Shown in pieces: positions 1 through 10,200 of a DNA stretch of 32,000 bases (the stretch's first letter is position 1; every line of letters starts with the position of its first letter). The stretch is from Nostoc punctiforme PCC 73102 (GTDB lineage Bacteria; Cyanobacteriota; Cyanobacteriia; Cyanobacteriales; Nostocaceae), in assembly GCF_000020025.1 (NCBI RefSeq), contig NC_010631.1, positions 60,001-92,000 on the forward strand, written 5' to 3'. Under the pieces are notes generated by a model that was not told where the DNA came from, did not search any database, and saw only the letters and a program-made list of their open reading frames with translations. The translations under genes were made by a program, and so were the position numbers.

Positions 1-971
1 TACCAAAACTACCATGCTTAACTGCGAACTGAGAATTGCTTACACTATCTCACAAACAGCAATGACAAAGAAATAGATAAAAGTACGATTTTAATCAGTA
101 CTTCCGTCTCTTTATTTTTAATCAATCATCGTTATATTTTGTCGGATCAAGTAGAGAGCAATGCAACAGGCGATCGCACACTTGGCGGGCGGGTACGCCA
201 TCGCTTGACTGCCATTAACTTAGCAGATGACTAAACCTTGTATTGAAGCTAAATTTGATGACGTTAACAGAAACATTTCTTCACATCTATTTTAGGCTCT
301 AGCCCATGAACAGCTTTCATCGCCCAAGGAGATTCTTTAGAGTTCGTAAGCCAATTAGATTTTCGATTTGAGACGATGAGTTAGCTTTAGAGCTACCCTT
401 GTAGAAGAACAGAATCTCTTAACTACTCTTTGACTCATGATCAGGCTCCTTCAAGTCGAAAAATTCCCGATTCTGATGTTGCCGGAAATCGAGGCGTATT
501 TAGAAAGTGGACTATTTCGTGGGATTGGCAAGAAAACTGCTCAAACTTTGGTCAATTGCTTTGGAAGTGAGACTTTATCGATATTAGATAACAACCCCGA
601 AAAACTTTACACTGTTCCCGGACTAACTCAATATCGTATTGATGGTATTACCAAAGCTTGGTCAGAGAGTAAAAAGAATCCGAACTTGGGAGTGATTACC
701 CAACTTTTGGCTGTGGGAACTTCATTGAAGTTAGCTTTGAAAATTTGTGACTATTACGGACACAAAACTGCAAATGTACTTCAGAACAACCCTTACAGAT
801 TAATTGATGATATTGATGGCATCGGTTTTAAGACTGCTGATGAGCTAGCAATATCTCTTGGTATCCCACTATACAGCGATACTCGTTATATCTCAGCTTT
901 AATCCATGTTTTAAAATCCGGCTTGCGTGAAGGGAATTGTTTTTTACCGTTTGAGCAATTAGTAAGGCATC

Positions 972-994
972 ATGTAAAAATAACTTGAACAATT
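972..994 (+). repeat. Left terminal inverted repeat of the IS (atgtaaaaataacttgaacaatt)
   Basis: The reverse complement of 2271..2293 is atgtaaaaataaattgaacaatt, a single mismatch. Confidence 0.85.
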
Positions 995-1040
995 TGCTGA
1001 ATGGTAAGATGATCAGAATGTAACCGAATTAAAGGCTTAT

Positions 1041-2272
1041 ATGTCTGATAAGCAGGTAGTAGAAAGCATTCAAGACAAGTACGATTCGTTATCGCCTTAT
1101 TTGAATGAGAAAACACGGCGTATTTGGGCAGCAATTGAAGCCCGAAGCCTGGGCTGGGGAGGCGTGAGTCAGGTTGCGCTCGCAACTGGACTATCCCGGA
1201 CTACAATCCATGCTGGGATACGGTTATTGTTAGACGCTTCGGGGGAAAAAACCTCGAATGATGATAGTAATCGAATTCGTTCGTCAGGTGCTGGACGTAA
1301 ACTACTTGAAGAAAAAGACGCAATGCTGCTATCAGATTTAGAATCGCTGATTGAACCAGTGACACTGGGAGACCCAGAATCTCCTCTAAAATGGACTTCT
1401 AAAAGTGTTGTGAAACTGGCTGCGGCATTAAACATTGGGGGACATAGGACTAGTCCTAAAAGTGTTTATAACTTACTTGAATCGCTTGGCTACAGCTTAC
1501 AATCAAATCGTAAAACCCGTGATGGCTCATCTCATCCAGATAGAGATGATCAGTTTTTACATATTTCCAACCAAGTCTTGCACTTTCAATCCCAGAACGA
1601 ACCCGTAATTTCAGTTGATACAAAAAAAAAGAATTAATTGGAGATTTTAAAAATTCTGGAACCGAGTGGTGTGAAAAGGAACAGCCAATTGAGGTGAAAA
1701 TGCATGATTTTGTTGACCCCAAGTTGGGCAAGGCAATTCCCTACGGAATTTATGACTTAACCTCAAATCAAGGATGGGTAAATGTTGGCATTGACCACGA
1801 TACCGCAGAGTTTGCAGTCGAGTCTATTCGTCATTGGTGGTACTCAATGGGTAAACAAGTTTATCCCAGCAGTGAGCATATAATGATTACGGCTGATTGC
1901 GGTGGTAGCAATAGTTATCGCTCACGATTGTGGAAATTGAAGTTACAAGAATTAGCAACTGATACTGGTAAAACTATTCATGTGTGTCATTTTCCTCCAG
2001 GCACAAGTAAATGGAATAAGATTGAGCATCGCTTGTTTTGTCACATTACCCAAAACTGGCGAGGCAGACCATTAACTAGCTTGCAAGTTGTGATTAATCT
2101 AATTCGCAATACTACCACCACACAAGGATTAGAAGTTGAAGCTAGATTAGATCCAAATCTCTACAAAACGGGAATCAAGGTTACAGACCAAGAGCTTGAT
2201 ACTATCGCAATCGAACGAAATTCTTTTCATGGTGAGTGGAACTATATTATCAAACCCAAAGTAGTCAGTTAA
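1041..2272 (+). CDS. ISAzo13-family DDE transposase, encoded in two frames joined by a -1 shift at an A9 run (1622..1630)
   Basis: ORF 1041..1637 (frame 3) stops at 1635..1637 just after the A9 run. Frame 2 is open from 1622 (KKKELIGDFKNSGTEW...) into ORF 1694..2272. The joined string VDTKKKELIGDFKN and HFPPGTSKWNKIEHRLF match my memory of ISAzo13-type transposases. Confidence 0.8.
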
Positions 2273-2293
2273 TTGTTCAATTTATTTTTACAT
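2271..2293 (+). repeat. Right terminal inverted repeat of the IS (aattgttcaatttatttttacat)
   Basis: Pairs with 972..994 (22/23). Confidence 0.85.
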
Positions 2294-4024
2294 AACTCCT
2301 AAGTATTGCCACTGACCTGCTTTCTTCACCACAGCATACGCCCGATGTTCAATTTTTAAATACAATCATTCAACAGTTACTCGAAAAGGGGACTTTAGTT
2401 TCGGGTGATGTTGGTAATAGTGTTTATCTCAAAGCTGCTTATCGGGCTGAACTTTCTGTGACTTTGAAGATTCTTGCTCTCCTTGAGCAACCAACTCACC
2501 CCACTGAACATTTAGAACACTGGTTAGCCCAATTCCAAACTACTGACTATCGCCAACTTTCACGTTTAAGTGATGAACAAATTAGTGCCTTGATGATGGC
2601 AGCCAAACATCCAATTAGCATTATCACTGGTGGCCCTGGTCGAGGGAAAACTTATGTACTGAAAACCATTATTGAATGGTTCATGCATACTGATAAAGCG
2701 ATTGCACTTGCCGCTCCAACAGGGAAAGCTGCTAACCGGATGAAAGATGCTACAGGCATTGAAGCAACTACTATTCACCGTTTATTGCAATGGCAGGGAA
2801 ACAATGCGGTTTTTCTTTATAACGAGGATAATCTTCTAAATCTTGATTGTCTAATCATTGATGAATTTTCAATGGTTGACATTTTTCTGTTCAATTCGCT
2901 GCTCAAAGCCTTGGACAAAAAAACCAGAATTGTACTGGTAGGGGACTTTGATCAATTACCCAGTATTGGCGCGGGAATGGTCTTGCGGGATTTAATTGTT
3001 TCTGAACTCGTGCCAACAACTTTCTTACAGACGATTTATCGCCAACGGCACGAAAGCCCGATTATTTATGCTGCTAATGATGTCAATTCTGGCATAGTCC
3101 CTACACTGCACAATTTTAATCAAGTTTCTGATTGGATGGATGTCGGTGACTGTGCAATGATTCAAAAAGACTCGCCCCAAGCGACCTCCCAAGCCATCGT
3201 TGAGTTGGTTAAAGCTATTGGCCAGTCAGGTGTTGATTTAAATCAACAACTAATAATCTTAGCGCCCCAAAAACAAGGAGACTGTGGAGTTCACAATCTC
3301 AATCAGCTTCTTGCGCCTATCTTTAATCCAAAACTTGAAAATCAACCACAAGTTGTCTCTGGGTCAGTTATCTACCGTGTGGGCGATCGCGTAATCCAGC
3401 TGAAAAACCGTTATGAAACTGTCCCGCCCGTAATGAATGGCGAGATCGGTCAGGTTATTGCTGTGGAGCCGGAAAAATTTTTGGTTACGATCTCTTGGGA
3501 GGGCGGTGCTATTGTTAATTATTATCCTGGAGACTTCGAGCAAATTATGCACTCGTTTTGTATAACTTGTCACAAGAGTCAAGGTAGCCAATTTCCTTAT
3601 GTGATTTTCCCATTGGTTAGGGCTAATTACCGGATGTTAACCCGTCAGCTGCTCTACACGACTATGACTCGCGCAATGGGTACATTCATCGCAGTTGGAC
3701 AGCATGAAGCATTGAAAACTGCTGTCGCTACTGATAAACCCGCCCAGCGTTTTACTGGACTAACCAATCTCCTCATTTCACCTGTTGAGCAACTTAGTGA
3801 AATCTGGCAGAGTTTGAGCAACACCAGAAAAACCACTTGTACGACAACATCTTCCCCTACTGTTACTGTCGCTTCTAGGCTACAACAACGTCAACTGACT
3901 GCAACGCAAGGACAGATGACTACTATTGGTAGTCTTGCACTACAAATGTATGAATCCAAGTATGGTTATCGTCCGTCAAAACAGCCCGAACTTGTAGGTA
4001 AGTTTCGCTTTAATACTTATCACT

Positions 4025-4390
4025 ATGAAACTACCGCAATTGACGAGATTGATTCAGCAATTGACGCAGTTCTGCTCCAATAATAAAACCCATGCCCAAA
4101 ATGAGAACAACGGTCGCATCCAACCAGACTACTGCTTAACTTACACTTTTAACATTTATGGTATTCCAGCAACACAGTTAAAGATCGGCCAATCAGTGAA
4201 GTATCTGATCGGGACTCGAAGCGGCATGAGTGCGGCAATAACCGATATCAGCAAATCATCTCTTAGTCTCAAAAATACTCATATTGTTACTTTGACCTTT
4301 GATGATGATTCACTACCAAATCACTTAAAAACACAACAACTAACCGTTTATGACGAATTGCTTGAAGGTTGTGAAATAATCACATTTTAA
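4025..4390 (+). CDS. Hypothetical protein (weak call; start uncertain, overlaps the helicase 3' end)
   Basis: 121-codon ORF only. No recognisable motif and no in-frame ATG just after the helicase stop. Confidence 0.25.
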   Translation: MKLPQLTRLIQQLTQFCSNNKTHAQNENNGRIQPDYCLTYTFNIYGIPATQLKIGQSVKYLIGTRSGMSAAITDISKSSLSLKNTHIVTLTFDDDSLPNHLKTQQLTVYDELLEGCEIITF

Positions 4391-4453
4391 AAAATTAAAG
4401 TTGGCAACAGCAGAACGTACATTCGCCGCTACAAGTTGGAATTAATCAAAATA

Positions 4454-5158
4454 CTAACTTGCCGGCTGATATAATCCCGTATTTTCGTTAAATTCCCACC
4501 CCAACCCTGCTCTATCCTTCGCCTTACACCATGCTACAAAAAGCGGTGCGGGAAGATTAATTCGCTCCTTGCGTACACTTTCAGGACTTACACCAAGTCT
4601 TTTAGCTAAACCTTCTTCAGTTAACGGTTGCATTCGGGGAGTATGCCCCGGATAGGATGAATTGTTGTAGTACGATTTTTGGCCTCGCTTTTGTTGGTTG
4701 TTGAGATAGTCTTGAATTTTAATGATCGCCTCAGCCAACTGTGTCATTCGGGCTGTCATCTTTTCAATTTTTTGTTCTAAATTGGCGAGATTATCAATTA
4801 CTGTGGTTTGGTTGCTATTAGATCCATTAGATTCATTTGAAAACTCTGACTCCAGCTTATCAAGTCTTTCGCAAATAGCTATTATTGTTTCGTTGGTCGG
4901 ACTGGCGTTACTATTGTTACTCGTAACTAAGTACTTCTCAACACTTGCCTTAATCTGAGAATCTAAGCGTTTGTCTAAATTATTACCACCTATTGCATCA
5001 AGCTGATCTTGAGAATCGTCTAAGTAGAGTTTGATAAATTCGAGCAGCGTGGCTGTTGCGGTCGTCCCTTTTGACTTACAACGGGCGATAAACTGCTCCC
5101 AAATCCTTTGATCGCAGTTGAAAGATGCCAGTTTTTTATTACGCCCTGTCTTGCTCAT
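4454..5158 (-). CDS. Hypothetical plasmid protein with an N-terminal ribbon-helix-helix-like segment, a coiled-coil middle and a C-terminal HTH-like tail
   Basis: The N-terminus KLASFNCDQRIWEQFIARCKSKGTTATATLLEFIKLYL fits a beta-strand/helix/helix RHH pattern. The C-terminus is GLAKRLGVSPESVRKERINLPAPLFVAWCKAKDRAGLGWEF. ATG at 5158 is preferred; the track start at 5164 is GTG. Confidence 0.6.
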   Translation of the reverse strand: MSKTGRNKKLASFNCDQRIWEQFIARCKSKGTTATATLLEFIKLYLDDSQDQLDAIGGNNLDKRLDSQIKASVEKYLVTSNNSNASPTNETIIAICERLDKLESEFSNESNGSNSNQTTVIDNLANLEQKIEKMTARMTQLAEAIIKIQDYLNNQQKRGQKSYYNNSSYPGHTPRMQPLTEEGLAKRLGVSPESVRKERINLPAPLFVAWCKAKDRAGLGWEFNENTGLYQPAS

Positions 5159-5208
5159 GTTCACGTGTCATCTAGGTAAACTCGGACTGTACACGCTTAT
5201 TAAATCGT

Positions 5209-5230
5209 GTAATTCATCATGATGAATTAC
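5209..5230. promoter_or_regulatory. Perfect 22-bp palindrome gtaattcatcatgatgaattac, candidate operator upstream of the RHH-like gene
   Basis: Perfect dyad, 51-72 nt upstream of the ATG at 5158 on the minus strand. Confidence 0.45.
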
Positions 5231-6254
5231 CTTGATGTTATCATCGCCAAATGTGTCAGCGCATTCTTCAAGCGATGGTTTTTGTAAAGAGATGCTACTG
5301 CCAACGGCTACCATTGGCGATCAACAATTATCTCAGGCTTAAACACTTGCAGGATTCCTTTATCTAATTTTTGCTCATCGAAACAGTGCTGAGTACCTAG
5401 TTAGATTGCTGAGTAAGAAAGCAATAATTGCATCCAGTACAGTAAGTCTGTACCCCTACGGGGATCTTGCTACGCATAGCGTAGCGTCTCTAAAAGTTGC
5501 CCCTGCTTTTAAGCCCTGGTGTCCGAAAAGTTTGAGTTTTTGGCACGCAAGTTTTACCCGTTTCTTGAAGAATTTTTTATAGAGGAATCAAGCCACTCTC
5601 AAAAAATAAACTAAAAATGACTCTATAATTTTATGGCGTGATAGCGATTAAATAGCGGGCTATTCGGATAAGGCTTCATTTGGCACTGAAGCAGGGGGAA
5701 ATTTTGTACAAGTTTCTTAAAATAAGCACCTTTGCCTGTTTTCTTTAACCCAAACCTACACCTGTAATATTTGTGTATTTAAATGCTATGAGTATGCTCT
5801 TTGACCTGATGCATCACTTATTAACTATAAAGTCATTATCGGTTTATTTTTTCACTTATTTTTAGGTTTTTCTTTTAGAGGTGTATTTTTAGGGGGAACC
5901 ACAAAAAAAAGATACCAGCCTTGTTCTTAATTGCTCGTTGTGTGGCGTGGATCTGGATCGTACTTTCGTATCTTTATGAGCGGGTAGTGCTTTACCACCC
6001 AAATCGGGAAAATTGACTTGCCTGAAGACGAACCGATCACTTACTTGGGTAGGTACCTACACGTTGAAAACACATTGTAATTTCAGACATCAAAAACTAA
6101 CTTTCCATTCGGTAAAGTCCCTTTGACAGTTTCTGCATTGTTATCAATCAATATTGATATTGGCTAACCACAACAACTGGTGCTTTCAGGTGAAAGCTGC
6201 GGCGATTGCACGGAGCGCAACTGTCCATTGGCGATTGCAACGCCATATAGACAT

Positions 6255-6383
6255 CACCCCGTAGCAATTCCAGCATCAATCATCTTCGCCAGACATTGAG
6301 TATTAAATATCCTCAGTGATGACGCGAATCGCTGAAAATACCCATACTGCATAGCTGCGAAAATTGCACCCCGTAGCAATTCC
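6255..6383 (+). repeat. Two copies of the 17-bp direct repeat caccccgtagcaattcc (6255..6271 and 6367..6383)
   Basis: Exact 17/17 identity, 112 nt start-to-start. Both lie immediately upstream of, or overlapping the longest-ORF 5' end of, the tyrosine recombinase gene. Confidence 0.7.
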
Positions 6384-6438
6384 TGTCCCGTGGACTGGGA
6401 TAATAAGAACAGGGCGGGGTGTTGATGGGACAGCAACC

Positions 6439-7101
6439 TTGAAAATTGATAGGCATGGTCGAGCAAAGATTCTGTCTTTGCAGGATATCCAACTTCTGTT
6501 CTCGCAGGGGGTAGATTCACTGCGAGACAAAGCGCTGTTTGCGGTGATGCTTTACACAGCGTGTCGGGTGAACGAAGCAGTGACGTTGCTTAAGCGGGAC
6601 GTATATGATGCCAAAGGAAAAGTCAGAGCCAAAATCATCTTTCGCAAAGGTAACACGAAAGGGAAACTGGCTACCCGTGCCATCCCGGTAATTCAAGAAT
6701 TGCGAGTCAGGTTGCAAGCATATAACCCGCGTGATGATTCTCCTTGGCTGTTCCCTGGAAATGCTGACCACTCAAGAGCCAATAACCACCTGCACCGAGA
6801 TTCGGCACTGTGGATATTGCGAGTCGCTTGCAAAAAAGTAGGAGTTGAAGGCGTAAGCTCTCACAGCTTTCGGCGCACAGCACTCACCTCGATGAGTAAT
6901 GCCGGGATTCCCTTAAGAGTGATTCAGGAAATTTCTGGGCATCGCACGTTGGACGAGCTGTACAAGTACCTGGAGGTAAGAGAAGATCAAGTATTGGGAG
7001 CGGTATCATCTTTAGCACTACTTGCTCCGGTCGATGAAGACGACTTCGGGAAACCCAACTTTGTCGAAGTGACCGATAATTCAGTAAAGAAAAGGCATTG
7101 A
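6439..7101 (+). CDS. Small tyrosine recombinase/integrase (catalytic domain only)
   Basis: Catalytic residues in order: Arg in ACRVNEAV, H-x-x-R in SSHSFRRTALT, and His...Tyr in GHRTLDELYKYL. The longest ORF starts at TTG 6364. I prefer the in-frame TTG at 6439 (KIDRHGRAKILSLQDIQLLF...) because the 17-bp repeat lies inside the longer version. The start is not certain. Confidence 0.8.
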   Translation: MKIDRHGRAKILSLQDIQLLFSQGVDSLRDKALFAVMLYTACRVNEAVTLLKRDVYDAKGKVRAKIIFRKGNTKGKLATRAIPVIQELRVRLQAYNPRDDSPWLFPGNADHSRANNHLHRDSALWILRVACKKVGVEGVSSHSFRRTALTSMSNAGIPLRVIQEISGHRTLDELYKYLEVREDQVLGAVSSLALLAPVDEDDFGKPNFVEVTDNSVKKRH

Positions 7102-7203
7102 CCCCATTTTACCAAAAAATCGATTTAGCAAAGCAGCATCAGCACAATTGCTGAAAGCAAAAGTAGAAATTACTTCAATGATGCGGTTAGTTATGACGAA
7201 AGT

Positions 7204-10200
7204 TTAGGAGAACTCCATCGGCAACACCTCTTCACTTAGCAAGCTGTAAAATTCAGGAACAAGAGATTCCACAAGTCGCAGTTCATTTGCCGCGATCGCT
7301 TCAAGTTCCAGCACCGTCTCCCAACGCAAATCCTCAACCCATCGCTTGAGAATGCCTTTAATTGCGTCTACTCCACGAGAAATACCAGAGCGAAGTATTT
7401 CTACGCAATGAAGTAGAGTAATCCGGTCTGTTTGGGGCGACTCAAATTCGGTAGTATCCTCCCCTTGGCAATGGGAGTTCCCTATAGCATTAGGGGGGGG
7501 TGTGGATACGGCCTGCTGATTGGGGTTTACATTATACGCAGCAGGGGTTTGAGCAGCATAAGAGGTTCGATTTTCTTTTTGATTACGCTTCGTTTCACGA
7601 TGAGCAATTACATGCATTGCAAATTCTAATTCCTCTTTAGATAAAGAAAAAAGTTTCACCTGTTGCCCCCGTTTACCTTGCTTGCGGAAAGTCAACTTTA
7701 GCCCCAGCTGCTCTACTAAAGTCGCCAGCAACCAAATAGGTTTACAGTCTAGGGGAATAGTAAACCCAAGAATTGCTTTAACATGAGCAGCACAATGTAT
7801 AGCGATCTCCGTCATCTTGAGTAAGGTGGAATCGTCGGCAGTAACTTCATCACCCGCAACTAAAGAAGTGAGAATCTGATGCAGCCCCAGGTTAAATCTA
7901 GCCAACCATCGAGCTGAGTAATTGCCCCAGTCGATGCACAAAGGTAGATTGTCGCGCTCGGTGCGGTCTTTTTGGGTGACAATTGTTGGTGGCGTAGGAT
8001 AAGTTTGCCCAGTTTTGGGGTCAGTAAACGATTCTTCGGGTGGGGCTAAAATGGCCTCAAGTCCAGCAATTGCCCTAATTAAGCGACCACCTTTATCCAT
8101 TTCTACGAGTGATTCGGTTACTTCGATGCCGTAAGAATCAGAAATGCGGAATTTTTCGCATTCAAAAATTTCATTAGGGTCAAGGTAATCTTTGCTCTGA
8201 CGGGCACGGTACTCGCTCAAAGTAATATTCTTAGCCTTGGCAACAGCCGAATTGTGGGCACTATCCAAAGCTTGTGCTGCTGCTTTTAGACTTTCAAGAG
8301 ATTGAGGATCTGAATCACTGCCCACATATATAAATGTATTGCCCATTTCGGTGAGCAGCGATCGCAGATCATCGCGGAGATTATTGAGAGAATAGTGGCG
8401 GTTAGCCATGATTTGGCAGTAAGCCTCAAGCGCCCAATCTTTCTCTGCGCCCCTTGAACCTGTTTTTCGGTCGATCCGTAACAGAAAAGCAGTCATTTCA
8501 TTGGTTTGGAGCGAGCGTTCCTTGATTTTGGATGCGTTTGTATCTTTGTAACCAAAGGGAGGACGCTTTGCCACCCAAATATGAAACGGAACTTTCGGGC
8601 GATAGCGGTACAACTGCTGGGCGCACTCAGTTGCAGTTTGGGAAACCGCATGAAATACCCCAAATACTAAGTCAAAATGATACTGGGAAATATCTACACC
8701 AGTCCCCAGGCTGGGAGAGGTGAACAAGGCATCAAAGTTTTTGACGGCGTTGGTGATATCTTTAATGAAAGCGACATTCTCTTCACTGCCAGAATTATCG
8801 GAGTGAATAGACCAAATGCGCCATTTTTGTGGTGTATGGGATGGGTCAGAGTTAGATTGTTCGCACTTAATAGTAAAGGATTTGTCGAGTTTCTTGATGA
8901 AACGCTTAGAGTCACTTGCAACCATGACTTTCAGACCTTGCATGAGCGCCGCCGAGATTTGGGCAACTAGGGCGCTTGAGTTAATGCCTTCGTACCAATA
9001 AATTGTGCGTGAACCGTTTCGCCACTCGTTCTTGATAATGTACGGGATTTCATCTGTTGGTCGCATGGAGCGAAAGAAATCCACGGTCAAATCATCCATG
9101 TGTGCATCGGCAATCACCACTAACGGTGCGTTATACACTATATATTCCAGTACCTCCAAAATTGCTGCACGGTGCTGTTTGCAAGTATTACTGTGTAGTA
9201 GGTGGGTGAGGTATTGGCAGGCTTCATCTATAAATATGCAGCCGTAGCTGAGAGACTGAGTATTCAGCTTATGCAAGCTGTCAATGGTAATACTAAGGGC
9301 TTGTGCCTGGGCTAAACCTGTGTAACCCAAGTCTGAGTACATCGCCGTCTGCAAGCGTTCGGCAAGATTTTTGAGCAAATTTACGCGATGCCCATTGTTG
9401 AGAAATCTGGCGTGAGGATTTTGGTCACGCCACCAGCGCATTAACTCGGTTTTCCCTGTACCCATATCGCTCCAGAGTACAACCAGTCCTTTCTCTGGAA
9501 AACGGAAAGATTTTTTGGGATTTTGGGTACTGGGTTTGGGGTTAAAGGAGCTAGAATCTGTTAACTCTTGTTTTCCTTCTCCCTGCCCACAGCTTGTAGA
9601 GCTAACACAAGGTGTGAACAATTGCTCTTGTGAAATATCGTAAAGTGGCGGGACAGACGAACATTTTTCCTCCAGATCCGGAATGCAGAGTGCTTGGGTC
9701 AAATATTTAATATTGACTGTGACATCCGGTTTGTACTTAGAGAGTCCCCATTTCTTAGCTCGATACGAGCGCTGGTAATCAGCAAGTGATTTAGCATCAT
9801 CGATGATTGCGGTCAGTAGAGCGTTAGCATCTTCGCCCCGCGCCACAACAAAATCATCTACACCTTTCTCTGGGCCTGGCAACAGCGCAACTTCACAAGT
9901 ACAGCCTACTGCTTCAATCGCTTTGGCAGTGCGAACAGTGGCTTGAAACACCGACCAACGAGTTTTCAATTTAGTTTCGTAGTCGAACAAAATAATGAAC
10001 TTGCGTCCCGCCTGAGCCATTGGTACTAAGTCAGGATGCAGTCGCTCATCGAAATCTTGTTTGCCCACGCGCCCATTCCAAATTCCTGGAAGTGCGATCG
10101 CTACAAACCCTAAACTCAGCAAGCAAGCGGCTTTCTTCTCACCCTCGCATAAGATAATCGGAATCTCTGGATGCTGCCGAACCCACTCCCAGAATATTAA

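Larger units (their letters stand above)
972..2293 (+). mobile_element. ISAzo13-family insertion sequence (~1.3 kb) inserted in the helicase gene
   Basis: Bounded by 23-bp terminal inverted repeats that match at 22/23 positions and enclose one transposase reading unit. Exact ends and target duplication are ambiguous (AT at 972-973 and 2292-2293 could be IR or a 2-bp duplication). Confidence 0.8.
437..4083 (+). pseudogene. recD2: RecD2-type SF1B DNA helicase gene interrupted by an IS (N-terminal HhH fragment 437..~971; remainder ~2294..4083)
   Basis: ORF 437..988 carries the RecD2 N-terminal helix-hairpin-helix region (GIGKKTAQTLV, IDGIGFKTADELA). After the IS, frame 1 is open from ~2296 (LLSIATDLL...AELSVTLKILALL) into ORF 2458..4083. 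That ORF has Walker A GGPGRGKT, Walker B LIIDEFSMVD, LVGDFDQLPS and TCHKSQGSQFPYVIFP. Deleting 972..2293 (1322 nt, = 2 mod 3) joins the two reading frames. Confidence 0.8.

Noticed and set aside
84-125. Short hairpin aagtac-(11 nt)-gtactt followed by a T-rich tract, terminator-like
   Set aside because: The stem is only 6 bp and AT-rich, and there is no identifiable upstream gene in the window. Too weak to call.
4722-4958. 78-codon plus-strand ORF antisense to the RHH-like gene
   Set aside because: It lies wholly inside the better-supported minus-strand gene. The hydrophobic, low-complexity translation is typical of an antisense frame.
6254-6530. Minus-strand ORFs 6254..6520 and 6303..6530
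   Set aside because: They overlap each other and the recombinase 5' region, have no motifs, and the region is better explained by repeats plus the recombinase gene.
7432-9247. Several plus-strand ORFs of 61-97 codons inside the replication gene
   Set aside because: All are nested antisense within the 1157-aa CyRepA-like ORF, which has multiple catalytic motifs.
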